A stretch of DNA of 64,000 bases, from the NCBI GenBank assembly GCA_963524945.1, contig CAURJV010000011.1, positions 28,085-92,084 on the forward strand, written 5' to 3'. The position numbers were made by a program, and so were the translations under genes. A model generated the notes under the pieces. That model did no database searches. It was given only the letters and a program-made list of their open reading frames with translations, and was not told the origin of the DNA. This document shows positions 51,733 to 61,480 of the stretch, piece by piece. This DNA comes from an uncultured Clostridium sp. (lineage in GTDB: Bacteria > Bacillota > Clostridia > Clostridiales > Clostridiaceae). The number at the start of each line of letters is the position of its first letter. Positions within the stretch are counted from its first letter, which is position 1.

Positions 51733-52236
51733 TTGGATCCATACGAGGTTTTAGGTGTTGAAAAAACAGCTTCTGAAGAAGAAATAAAAAATAAATTTAA
51801 AAATATTTTGGAAGAATATACACAAAATCAAAATGAAACTACAAAACAAAAAGTTTTAGCTCTTAGTGCGGCATATGAGCTTATTATTAATGGCAATCTA
51901 TATAAAGAAATTCGTGATTTAGTCGATAATAAAAACTTTTCTGAGGCTGAAGCAAAATTGAACTTAATAAATAATGCGAATTCAGCAGAATGGAATTATC
52001 TTCAAGGTTTTATATCTGTTCAAAAGGGGTGGTTTGACAGTGGGCTTAATTACTTGAAAAAAGCTGTAGAATTAGATCCTAATAACCATGAATATTTGGA
52101 CAGCTTAAACAAATTGCAATCAAGAGTTATTGACTATATGAAAAAGTATGCAGATAAAAATGTGAAACCCAATTCTAATAATATGAATGCTTGTGGTGGA
52201 GATAATAATAGTGGTAGTAACGGGGGAATGTGTTAG
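51733..52236 (+). CDS. Degenerate J-domain + TPR protein
   Basis: DPYEVLGV..AS.EEIK start without HPD; AEWNYLQG..AVELDPNN TPR. Confidence 0.78.
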   Translation: MDPYEVLGVEKTASEEEIKNKFKNILEEYTQNQNETTKQKVLALSAAYELIINGNLYKEIRDLVDNKNFSEAEAKLNLINNANSAEWNYLQGFISVQKGWFDSGLNYLKKAVELDPNNHEYLDSLNKLQSRVIDYMKKYADKNVKPNSNNMNACGGDNNSGSNGGMC

Positions 52237-52394
52237 TAAGTATATTCTAATTTGAATTTAACATATATAAGTCCTAAGAAAGATTATTCATCAAACTTTA
52301 ATTTCTATCTAATAGTAATGGCGCTTGCAGTGATGCTAATATTTATGAATTTTATTAAATAGAACTTATATATAAATAAATTTTATTATTTGGG

Positions 52395-52423
52395 TTGAAG
52401 TTTTTAAATATTTATGTTATTCT
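52395..52423 (+). promoter_or_regulatory. Sigma-A-like promoter for the candidate sRNA
   Basis: TTGAAG-N17-TATTCT with extended TG at 52415-52416. Confidence 0.65.
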
Positions 52424-52428
52424 AAATA

Positions 52429-52497
52429 AGCAGTTGGTACGTAAAGTGCTAATGTGGAGCTTAGAGTGTCCTTCGCCGGTCTCTAAGCTCCTTTTTT
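52429..52497 (+). ncRNA. Candidate small regulatory RNA upstream of sigI
   Basis: Promoter, 5' hairpin 52433-52453, terminator GGAGCTTAGAG/CTCTAAGCTCC + T6 with a 14-nt GC-rich loop. Confidence 0.6.
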
Positions 52498-52818
52498 GTG
52501 TTTAAATAGAATATGAAATTAAATTTTTGAGGTAATAAAGTGAATATATATAGTACCGTTTACTGAACTAATAAAAAACTACTATGAAATATATTGTTAA
52601 GAGAAAAAAGTTCTATAAATATATTTTTCAATTAACAACGTTAAAAATAAATTTAATACATGATATAATAGTAAGTATCAGTTTAGATTTTACACAAGTA
52701 TTTTTATGGAATGTTAAATTAAGCCTAGAAATTAAAGTTTTACATTTGTTTAATAAAAAGTACCAAAACTTATAAATTTTTTTGTATATAATAATGACCG
52801 GAGAAGGGAGCGTATGTC

Positions 52819-53484
52819 ATGCTCGAATGTGTTTTAATAGATTTAAATGTTGATAAGAACACAAGTATAAATGAACTTATTGAAAATCATATGCCTTTTA
52901 TAATAAAAAGTATTTCAGATGTGACAGGTCGCTATGTATCTTGCGAAAATGATGAAGAACTTAGTGTGGGATTACTTGGTTTTCATGAGGCAATTGAAAG
53001 ATATGATAACGAGAAGGGACATTTTTTATCTTTTGCAAAATTGGTAATTGGAAGTAGAATAAAGAATTACTTAAAAGGTGAAAATAAGCATAATCATTCA
53101 TCTTTGGACGAATTAGTGGACAAAGGTTTGGATTTTAGAGATGAATATTTTGAGCCTAAAGAAGATAATAGTGTGTTGCTAGAAGAGATAACTACTTTAA
53201 AGAATGAAATAAGTTCGTTTGGTTTTACTTTGGAAGATTTGGTGAATGAAGCTCCCAAACAACAGGCAACGAGAAAGAATGCAATTAATTTATCAGAAGA
53301 AATATCAAAGGATGAAGAATTTTTATCTTTTATGTATTTGAAGAAGAGATTGCCAATCAAAAAGATTGTTCTAAAGTTCTCAGTTACAGAAAAGGTAATA
53401 AAAAGAAGTAAAAAATTTATAATTTCTGTTGTAATAATAATTGACAAGAATCTCAGTGCTTTAAAAAATTGGATCAGGAAGTAG
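52819..53484 (+). CDS. sigI: RNA polymerase sigma-I factor
   Basis: ENDEELSVGLLGFHEAIERY..KGHFLSFA, DLVNEAPK, KRLP.K, IKRSKKFII; followed by rsgI-like gene. Confidence 0.88.
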   Translation: MLECVLIDLNVDKNTSINELIENHMPFIIKSISDVTGRYVSCENDEELSVGLLGFHEAIERYDNEKGHFLSFAKLVIGSRIKNYLKGENKHNHSSLDELVDKGLDFRDEYFEPKEDNSVLLEEITTLKNEISSFGFTLEDLVNEAPKQQATRKNAINLSEEISKDEEFLSFMYLKKRLPIKKIVLKFSVTEKVIKRSKKFIISVVIIIDKNLSALKNWIRK

Positions 53485-53493
53485 GTGAAAAGA

Positions 53494-54624
53494 ATGAATA
53501 GGGGAATAATAATGGAAATTAAAAAAAGTTATGCTATAGCTTTAAATGATAATGGCATAATGGAAAAAATTGCACCTAAGAAAGACATGAAAATGGGGCA
53601 AAAAATATTTTATTTTGAAGATGATGTCATTAAGGCTAGTCATGGTGGGACTTATAGGTATAATAACTTTATTAAGTCAATTGGAGCAATTGCAGCGTTG
53701 TTTTTAATAGTATTCACCTTCTTTCATACTATGAAATCTGATACAGCGTATGCAGTTGTTAGTTTAGATATTAATCCTAGTATACAAATAGAAGCTGATA
53801 GTAAATTGAAGATTATTAGTGTTGAAGGTGTAAACAATGATGGAAAGAATATAGATTTTACTGATGTTAAAGGTATATCTCTTGATGAAGGAGTACAAAA
53901 AATAAAAGAAAAACTTATAGAAAAAAAATATTTAGATACTAATAGGGAAGTATTGGTTGGATTTGCATTTATAAAGAATGAAGATAACAGTTCTTATGAG
54001 AAAGATATAAAGGACGTTATTCAATCTACTTTTAATACAGAAAAAGTCACTTATGTTAAAGGTGATAAGGATGATGTTGATGAAGCCAAGACAAAAGGAA
54101 TAAGTTTAGGAAGATATGAAGCATCTCTAGTGGTAGATGAGAATACAAAGAATAAAATAGACGTAGCACCAGTAAAAGAAATTACTGCAAGCATAAAAGA
54201 TAAAGATAATGTAACTCAGTGGGATGCAAAAGACGAAAAAAATAATGATGTCGTTACTCCGGCTACTAATTCAAATTCAGATTCAAAACCTGAAAAAACA
54301 ACTGTAGATAAGCCTGTAATAAATGGAGCAGCTGACAATTCATTACCTAATGTGGACTCGGGGAAAGCTACAGATAACCCTAAAAAAGAACAAAAGGATG
54401 ATGGTGTGTTAAATTTACAACCAGAAGTTCCCGCACAAAATGATAATAAGGGAAATCTGCCTGTGACAAGTCCAGGAAAAGACGATAATACCATTAATAT
54501 AGGACCGAGTAATGGCACTATCGTTAATAATCCTACATCAGGAAAAATTCCGGAAGATCCGAATAAAACCATAGAGGTACCAAAAACTGAAGAAAATACG
54601 GTTAATAAGGCTGTTAAAAATTAA
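53494..54624 (+). CDS. rsgI: Anti-sigma-I factor RsgI-like
   Basis: N-terminal GIIMEIKK..GQKI domain, single TM, YAVVSLDINPSI, GISLGRY, low-complexity tail. Confidence 0.88.
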   Translation: MNRGIIMEIKKSYAIALNDNGIMEKIAPKKDMKMGQKIFYFEDDVIKASHGGTYRYNNFIKSIGAIAALFLIVFTFFHTMKSDTAYAVVSLDINPSIQIEADSKLKIISVEGVNNDGKNIDFTDVKGISLDEGVQKIKEKLIEKKYLDTNREVLVGFAFIKNEDNSSYEKDIKDVIQSTFNTEKVTYVKGDKDDVDEAKTKGISLGRYEASLVVDENTKNKIDVAPVKEITASIKDKDNVTQWDAKDEKNNDVVTPATNSNSDSKPEKTTVDKPVINGAADNSLPNVDSGKATDNPKKEQKDDGVLNLQPEVPAQNDNKGNLPVTSPGKDDNTINIGPSNGTIVNNPTSGKIPEDPNKTIEVPKTEENTVNKAVKN

Positions 54625-54635
54625 TGAGTTACTTA

Positions 54636-54684
54636 AAAGTAGATTTATCTAGATGCATAGCATGGAAGATAGATCTACTTTTTT
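54636..54684 (+). terminator. Terminator after rsgI
   Basis: AAAAGTAGATTTATCT ... AGATAGATCTACTTTT + T-run. Confidence 0.75.
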
Positions 54685-54827
54685 AGTTTACTATATATTT
54701 TATACTTATATGATTAGTTACAAGAGTAAAATGCAATAGAAAAATCATATTAAAAAGAGGACTAGAATAAAAAATTATAGTATACTTACTAGTAAGTATT
54801 ATTAATAAGGATTTGGGGAGATTAAAA

Positions 54828-56609
54828 ATGATAAAAGAATTATTAAAAAATAATATACTGATATGCGATGGAGCAATGGGAACATATTATTCAGAAGTAA
54901 CAGGCAATGATGTATCTTATTGCGAATTTGGTAACTTAAATGATAAGGAAACTATAAAAAGAATACATAAAGAGTATATTGAAGCGGGGGCTAAACTAAT
55001 TAGAACAAATACTTTTTCGGCTAATACATATGATCTTGGAGTATCGTTAGAAACATTAAAGGATATAATTAAATCAGGAATAAACTTAGCTAAAGAAGTA
55101 ACAAGAAATACGCCTGTTTTAATAGGTGCAAGTATTGGACCTATTAAAACAGATAATTTAGATGAATTTAGCAATGAGGTTTTAGAAGAATATAGATACA
55201 TAGTAGATTGTTTTTTAGAAAATGGAGTAGATATTTTTATATTTGAAACTTTCAGCAATTACAATTATTTGAAAAAAATAAGTGAATATATTAAAGGCAA
55301 GAATATAAATAGTTTCATACTTACTCAGTTTGCCGTTAAGCCAGATGGGTTCACAAGGGATGGGTTAAGTTCAGCTAAATTGATTAAAGAAGTGCGAAAT
55401 ATTAAATATATAGATGCGTTTGGGTTTAACTGTGGGTCAGGTCCATCACATATACTAGAAATTATTAAAAAAGTTAATATAGAAAATGAAATTGTTTCAG
55501 CACTACCTAACGCAGGTTATCCAGAGATAATTCATGAAAGAACAGTTTATCCAAATAATCCGTTATATTTTGCAAAAAAAGTTAATGATATAAGGTCTTT
55601 TGGAGTTTCTATTGTAGGGGGATGTTGTGGAACAAACCCAAACTATATTAAACAACTAACAAAGATAGTTAATGAAAATTCTAAAATAGTTAATGCTAAC
55701 ATTAAAGCTGAAGAAAAGGTTAAAAGTTTTGAGAAAAAGGCTAATAATACTTTTAAAGATAAGCTTGAGAATGGTGAATTTGTTGTAGCTATAGAGTTAT
55801 CAGCACCAATTGATACAGATATATCAAAAATTATAGATGGAGCCAAGATATGTAAAGAAAATAATATTGATTTAGTAACAGTTCCTGACTCGCCAATGTC
55901 TAAGGTTAGAGCTGATTCTGCCATTATATCATCTAAAATTAAGAGGGAAATAGGAATCGAAGCTATGCCTCATATTTGTTGTAGAGATAAGAATACTAAT
56001 GCTATAAGATCAAGCTTAATAGGATCTCATATTGAAAATATAAGAAATATCCTTGCAATTACTGGTGATCCTATATCTGATGCTAGTAAAGTTGAAACAA
56101 AAAGCGTATTTAACTTAAATTCATTTAGGTTAATGGAATTGATAGAAAGCATGAATGAAGAAGTATTCAAAGAAGATAGCATTTATATAGGCGGCGCTTT
56201 GAATTTGAATGTTTTAAATAAAGAAATAGAATATAATAGAATGATGAAGAAGATAGAAAAAGGTGCAAAATTTTTTTTGACGCAACCTATCTATGATGAT
56301 AATGCTATAGAGTTCTTGAAAATGATTAAAGAAAGAACCAATGTGAAAATTTTGGCAGGATTACTTCCAGTTGTAAGTTATAGGAACGCAATGTTCTTAA
56401 ACAATGAACTTCCAGGGGTAACTATACCAGATAAGTATGTAAAATTGTTTTCGGAAAATATGAGCAAGGAAGAGGCTCAAGCAATTGGTGTAAGCATTAC
56501 TGTGGAGATCGGAAAGAAACTTAAAAATATTGCTGATGGGTTATATTTTATAACTCCATTTAATAGAGTTAATATGTTAATTGAAATTATTAAGCAAATT
56601 AATGCCTAA
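54828..56609 (+). CDS. yitJ: Bifunctional homocysteine S-methyltransferase/methylenetetrahydrofolate reductase
   Basis: DGAMGT, TNTF, FETF, GFNC, PNAG.P, GGCCGT; C-terminal MTHFR (H.CCRD.N, ITGDP, TQPIYD). Confidence 0.9.
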   Translation: MIKELLKNNILICDGAMGTYYSEVTGNDVSYCEFGNLNDKETIKRIHKEYIEAGAKLIRTNTFSANTYDLGVSLETLKDIIKSGINLAKEVTRNTPVLIGASIGPIKTDNLDEFSNEVLEEYRYIVDCFLENGVDIFIFETFSNYNYLKKISEYIKGKNINSFILTQFAVKPDGFTRDGLSSAKLIKEVRNIKYIDAFGFNCGSGPSHILEIIKKVNIENEIVSALPNAGYPEIIHERTVYPNNPLYFAKKVNDIRSFGVSIVGGCCGTNPNYIKQLTKIVNENSKIVNANIKAEEKVKSFEKKANNTFKDKLENGEFVVAIELSAPIDTDISKIIDGAKICKENNIDLVTVPDSPMSKVRADSAIISSKIKREIGIEAMPHICCRDKNTNAIRSSLIGSHIENIRNILAITGDPISDASKVETKSVFNLNSFRLMELIESMNEEVFKEDSIYIGGALNLNVLNKEIEYNRMMKKIEKGAKFFLTQPIYDDNAIEFLKMIKERTNVKILAGLLPVVSYRNAMFLNNELPGVTIPDKYVKLFSENMSKEEAQAIGVSITVEIGKKLKNIADGLYFITPFNRVNMLIEIIKQINA

Positions 56610-56655
56610 ATAATTATAATTCTTATATGAATAATAAAAGACAAGAGGGATTTTT

Positions 56656-57201
56656 ATGAAGGTTGGTCTTATTAGACATTTTAAAGTTGATTACCGTAAA
56701 AGTTTTTTTATGACATCAAAAGAATTTAAAAATTGGGAAGAAAATTATAATATAAGCAGTGTGATTAGAAAAGATGTAGAGCTTATGGGGATAAATTGGG
56801 ATAAGTGTTATTCTAGTACGCTTATAAGAGCGATAACTACAGCACAGCATGTATATAAGGATGATATAATTCAAAATGATCTAATTAGAGAGACTATTAT
56901 TGATCCGATATTTAAAAGTAATTTAAAGCTTCCGTATTGGTTTTGGGCGATTAGTGGAAGAATAGCGTGGTATTTCAATCATAAATCTCAACAAGAAAAT
57001 AAGATTATCACAAGAGAAAAAGCTGAGAAATTTGTTGATTTATTATTAAACGAAGCAAGAAAGGAAGGTGCAGAAAACATTTTAATTGTTACGCATGGTT
57101 TTTTTATGTATAGCCTTCAAAAAGAATTGAAGAAAAGAGGTTTTACGGGCAAGCTAGTATACAGTCCTAAAAACGGAATTTTATATTTGTATAAAAGATA
57201 A
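56656..57201 (+). CDS. Histidine phosphatase superfamily protein
   Basis: LIRH, SS.L.RA..TA, IVTHG. Confidence 0.82.
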   Translation: MKVGLIRHFKVDYRKSFFMTSKEFKNWEENYNISSVIRKDVELMGINWDKCYSSTLIRAITTAQHVYKDDIIQNDLIRETIIDPIFKSNLKLPYWFWAISGRIAWYFNHKSQQENKIITREKAEKFVDLLLNEARKEGAENILIVTHGFFMYSLQKELKKRGFTGKLVYSPKNGILYLYKR

Positions 57202-57273
57202 TACAATAAGTATAAATTTTATATTTAAGCAAAACTTTATATAATGTAAAGAAATTTAAGTACAGGGTCAATG

Positions 57274-57315
57274 AAATATGCTATCTTTTATGATAAAAAG
57301 TATAGCATATTTTTT
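57274..57315 (+). terminator. Terminator after the histidine phosphatase gene
   Basis: AAATATGCTAT-CTTTT..AAAAG-TATAGCATATTT + T-run. Confidence 0.6.
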
Positions 57316-57392
57316 GATATATATTATTGAAATAAATGCTAAATTAAGTTAGTATACTTTATATACAAATGATGATAAGGAGGAATATAAAT

Positions 57393-58634
57393 ATGATAAA
57401 TAATGATAATTTGATTGGTGAAGCTAATAGATGTTTGCTGTGTAAAAAACCAGCTTGTAGGTTTAATTGCCCAGTTGAAACACCTATACCTGATATTATA
57501 AGTATGTATAAGGAAGGAAAAATTGAAGAAGCAGGAGAAATATTATTTGAAAATAATCCGCTTTCGGCAGTATGTTCATTAGTATGCATTCATGAAGACC
57601 AATGTAAAGGAAATTGTATAAGAGGGATTAAAGGGGATCCAATACGATTTCATGATATAGAGCAGGAAATATCCCAAAAATATATAGAAAAAACTAGGTT
57701 TAAAACTGTTTCTAAAAAGAAAGACAGAGTTGCTATAATTGGTGGTGGACCAGCAGGAATTACTATTGCATTTATACTAGCTAAGAAAGGATATAATATC
57801 ACTATTTTTGATGCGCATGAGAAGATAGGCGGGGTACTAAGGTATGGAATACCAGAATATAGACTTCCCAAAAAATTAATAGATTCTATTGAAGAAAGAT
57901 TAATGGAGCTTGGTGTAAAAGTTAGGCCTAATACTCTTATTGGTCCAGTGATAACATTAGATAGACTATTTGAGGATGGATATAAAGCAGTATTTATTGG
58001 TACAGGAGTATGGAATCCAAAAACATTAAATATTAAAGGTGAAACTTTGGGAAATGTACATTTTGCTATTGATTATCTAAAATCACCAGAAAACTATAAG
58101 CTAGGTAATAAAGTGGCTGTTATTGGAGCTGGTAATGTAGCTATGGATGCTGCAAGAAGTGCAAAAAGAAATGGAGTTGAAGATGTTACAATAATATATA
58201 GAAAAGGCTTTGATCAAATGTCTGCAACTAAGCAAGAAATAAGGGAGGCTAAGGAGGATAAAATTAATTTTGAATTATTCAAATCACCATTAGAAATAAC
58301 AGAAGAAGGTGTAAGATTAGTTAATACTGAGAATGTAATTGGGTCAGATGGAGAAGTTCAAAACAAAGTTATTAAAGAAAAAGAAGAATTTTTCAAATGT
58401 GATTCAATAATTATAGCTGTAAGTCAAACCCCTCGAACTAATATAGTTTCAAATACAACAAAATTAAATACCAATAAATGGGGATTGTTAATAACCGACG
58501 ATAAAGGAAATACAACTAAAAAAGGTACATTTGCATCAGGTGATGTTGTTACCGGCGCTAAAACTGTAGTAGAAGCTGTAGTACAAGCAAAAATAGTTGC
58601 TCAAACCATTGAAGATTACTGTGAAAATAACTAA
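57393..58634 (+). CDS. GltD-like Fe-S/FAD NAD(P)-dependent oxidoreductase
   Basis: RCLLC...C...CP, GGGPAG, YGIPEYRLPK, GAGNVAMD, ASGDVVTG. Confidence 0.9.
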   Translation: MINNDNLIGEANRCLLCKKPACRFNCPVETPIPDIISMYKEGKIEEAGEILFENNPLSAVCSLVCIHEDQCKGNCIRGIKGDPIRFHDIEQEISQKYIEKTRFKTVSKKKDRVAIIGGGPAGITIAFILAKKGYNITIFDAHEKIGGVLRYGIPEYRLPKKLIDSIEERLMELGVKVRPNTLIGPVITLDRLFEDGYKAVFIGTGVWNPKTLNIKGETLGNVHFAIDYLKSPENYKLGNKVAVIGAGNVAMDAARSAKRNGVEDVTIIYRKGFDQMSATKQEIREAKEDKINFELFKSPLEITEEGVRLVNTENVIGSDGEVQNKVIKEKEEFFKCDSIIIAVSQTPRTNIVSNTTKLNTNKWGLLITDDKGNTTKKGTFASGDVVTGAKTVVEAVVQAKIVAQTIEDYCENN

Positions 58635-58807
58635 ATAATAAAGATTAAATATAACATTGATAAATTCAGGAAAAACAGTTAGATCGTATAGGTTGCAAAA
58701 ATGAATTTTAATTATTAAAATATTACTAGAAGTAAATTAAGCTTTTTTATATACTGTGATTATCGTATATGGTGAAAAAGGTTTACTTAATAAGGAGTGT
58801 AAAAAAT

Positions 58808-59806
58808 ATGAGTGTCACTATAAAGGATATTGCAAAATTGGCTAATGTTTCTCATACAACTGTGTCTAGAGCACTTAACAATAGTCCATACATTAATGAA
58901 GAAACCAAAGTTAAAATTATAGCTTTAGCAAAAGAATTAAATTATGTACCAAATTATAGTGCTAAGAGTCTTGTTTTGCTAAAATCATACGTTATAGGAG
59001 TGTTTTTTTCATCAATTAGCGAAGGTACATCAGATACATTCTTCCACGAAATCATAAGAGGAGTTAACAATGTCATAGATAAAGAATATAATTTGGTTGT
59101 AAGAGGTATAGATGATTATCAGTACTCTCATTTAATTGATAACAGAAATTTTGATGGAATAATTGTTGTAAGCCAAAGCAAAAATGACGATGAATTCATA
59201 CAAACTATTCTAGAAAAAGATATACCAACTGTAGTTATAAATAGATATATTGAAAATGAAGGATTAGTAAATATAATGTCAGATGATACAAAAGGAGTTT
59301 ATGATGCTGTTACTTATTTTATAGAGAACAATCATAGAAAAATAGCACTATTGCAAGGAAATAAGGAATTTGAATCGACAGTATATAGAAGAAGAGGCTA
59401 TATAAGAGCATTAGAAGATAATAATATTCCTATCAATGAGGAATATATTTTAAGTGGCAGATATGATTTGAAAAGCGGATATGAGAATATGAAAAAGTTA
59501 CTTGAATTAGAAAATAGACCAACAGCAATCTTTTGCGCTAATGATGATATAGGGGTTGGCGCTATGAAAGCAATATTTGAAACTGGATTAAAGGTTCCAG
59601 ATGACATCTCAATTATAGGATTTGATGACAGTAATTTTTGTAACTACGTAACCCCTCCATTGACAAGTGTAAGAAAGGATTCTTTAGCTATGAGCGAATA
59701 TGGTGGAAGAAACTTATTAGATATTATAAAAAACAAAGAAGTAGATAAAGAAAAAGTTTATATACAATCTCAACTTGTAGTAAGAAAATCAGTAAGAGAA
59801 CTCTAA
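58808..59806 (+). CDS. LacI-family regulator, ExuR-like
   Basis: TIKDIAKLANVSHTTVSRALN, DISIIGFDD, PLTSV; directly upstream of uxaC. Confidence 0.92.
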   Translation: MSVTIKDIAKLANVSHTTVSRALNNSPYINEETKVKIIALAKELNYVPNYSAKSLVLLKSYVIGVFFSSISEGTSDTFFHEIIRGVNNVIDKEYNLVVRGIDDYQYSHLIDNRNFDGIIVVSQSKNDDEFIQTILEKDIPTVVINRYIENEGLVNIMSDDTKGVYDAVTYFIENNHRKIALLQGNKEFESTVYRRRGYIRALEDNNIPINEEYILSGRYDLKSGYENMKKLLELENRPTAIFCANDDIGVGAMKAIFETGLKVPDDISIIGFDDSNFCNYVTPPLTSVRKDSLAMSEYGGRNLLDIIKNKEVDKEKVYIQSQLVVRKSVREL

Positions 59807-59856
59807 TAATGAATTTTAATAATTAGTGGTCAAATTCACTAATTATTAAAAAAAGT

Positions 59857-59979
59857 TGTTAACGTTCACAAAAAAGTGTTGCGTTATTTGAAATATGATA
59901 TTATAATAAAGTTATCAAGTAGATACAAGAAAATGTTCACGTGAACAGAAATTTGCACGTATTTCTGTTCACGTGAACA
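59857..59979 (+). promoter_or_regulatory. uxaC promoter with three LacI-type palindromic operators
   Basis: TGTTAACGTTCACA 59857-59870; TTGCGT-N17-TATAAT 59879-59907; TGTTCACGTGAACA at 59934-59947 and 59966-59979. Confidence 0.85.
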
Positions 59980-60000
59980 AAAAAGGAAAGAGGATTTGAT

Positions 60001-61401
60001 ATGAAAAAGTTTATGGATGAAAATTTTTTATTAAGCAACGAAGTGTCTGAAAAATTATATCATAATTATTCAGGAAAAATGCCAATTATTGATTATCATT
60101 GCCACATTAATCCAAAGGAAATATTAGATGATAAAAAGTTTGAGAATATAACTCAAGTATGGCTTTATGGTGATCATTATAAATGGAGACAAATGAGAAC
60201 TTTGGGCATAGATGAAAAATATATTACAGGAGATGGAAGTGATTATGAAAAGTTCTTAGCTTGGGCGAAGACTATATCATTTGCTATCGGGAATCCACTT
60301 TATCATTGGACACACTTAGAGCTTAAAAGATTCTTTGGAATTGATGAAGTTTTGAATGAAAAAAGTGCACCTGCTATTTGGGAAAAAGTTAATAAGATGT
60401 TAAATAGCGATGATTTCACAGTAAGAAATCTTATTAAAAAATCAAATGTAAAAGTGATATGTACAACAGATGATCCTATAGATTCGTTAGAATATCATTT
60501 AGCAATAAAAGAAGATAAAAGCTTTGATGTTAAAGTGTTACCAGCATTTAGACCTGATAAAGCATTAGGCGTTAATAAAGAAACATTTAAAGAATGGTTT
60601 AGTAAACTAGAAGAAGTTGTAGGCTCAAAAATTACAAACTTTGATGAATATTTAGAAGCGTTAAAAAAGAGAGTTGAATTCTTTCATGAGGTTGGATGCA
60701 GAGTATCAGATAATGCATTAGATTTCGTTCCAGTAGGAAATGCTTCGCTAGAAGAAGTTAGAGAAATATTTGCTAATGTACTTAAGAGTGGACAAGTTTC
60801 ATTTGAAGATGAAAATAAATTAAGAGTATATTTATTAAAGTTCTTTGGAAAATTATATCATGATTTAGGTTGGGTAATGCAGTTCCATATGAATTGTGTT
60901 AGAGATAATAATTCGAAAATGTTTAAAAAATTAGGTCCAGATACTGGATTTGATTCATTAAATGATACTGAAGTTGCAATTCCATTATCAAGATTATTAG
61001 ATTCACTAAATAATGAAGATGCACTACCAAAGACAATTATATATAGCTTAAATCCAAATGATAACTCAACAATAGGTACTTTACTTGGATGCTTCCAAGG
61101 AGATGGAGTTAAAGGTAAAATACAATTTGGGTCAGCTTGGTGGTTCAATGATCACAAGATTGGTATGCAAGATCAAATTAGAACTTTAGCTAATTTAGGT
61201 ATGTTAAGTACATTTGTTGGAATGTTAACAGATTCTAGAAGCTTCTTGTCTTACACAAGACATGAATATTTTAGAAGAATACTTTGCAACGTAATTGGTG
61301 AATGGGTAGAAAATGGTGAATTACCTAATGATATTGAACACCTAGGACAGATTGTATCTGATATTAGTTATAATAACGCAGATAAATACTTTAATATGTA
61401 A
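60001..61401 (+). CDS. uxaC: Glucuronate/galacturonate isomerase
   Basis: PIIDYHCH, GDHYKWR, CTTDDP, AWWFND, GMLTDSRSFLSY.RHEYFRR. Confidence 0.97.
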   Translation: MKKFMDENFLLSNEVSEKLYHNYSGKMPIIDYHCHINPKEILDDKKFENITQVWLYGDHYKWRQMRTLGIDEKYITGDGSDYEKFLAWAKTISFAIGNPLYHWTHLELKRFFGIDEVLNEKSAPAIWEKVNKMLNSDDFTVRNLIKKSNVKVICTTDDPIDSLEYHLAIKEDKSFDVKVLPAFRPDKALGVNKETFKEWFSKLEEVVGSKITNFDEYLEALKKRVEFFHEVGCRVSDNALDFVPVGNASLEEVREIFANVLKSGQVSFEDENKLRVYLLKFFGKLYHDLGWVMQFHMNCVRDNNSKMFKKLGPDTGFDSLNDTEVAIPLSRLLDSLNNEDALPKTIIYSLNPNDNSTIGTLLGCFQGDGVKGKIQFGSAWWFNDHKIGMQDQIRTLANLGMLSTFVGMLTDSRSFLSYTRHEYFRRILCNVIGEWVENGELPNDIEHLGQIVSDISYNNADKYFNM

Positions 61402-61408
61402 TTTTATA

Positions 61409-61443
61409 TGTATGAAAATAAGTAAACTGCTTATTTTCATACA
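61409..61443. other. Intercistronic hairpin between uxaC and uxaB
   Basis: TGTATGAAAATAAG ... CTTATTTTCATACA, no T-tail. Confidence 0.6.
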
Positions 61444-61480
61444 GTGATACAACTGAAGTTGAAATTTAGGAGGAATAGCC

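Noticed and set aside
52584..52775. 63-aa ORF upstream of sigI
   Set aside because: No clear RBS, AT-rich intergenic composition; a role as small peptide cannot be fully excluded but is unsupported
54685..54827. SAM-I riboswitch upstream of yitJ
   Set aside because: No ATCCAGAG/ATCAAGAG core and too little structured sequence
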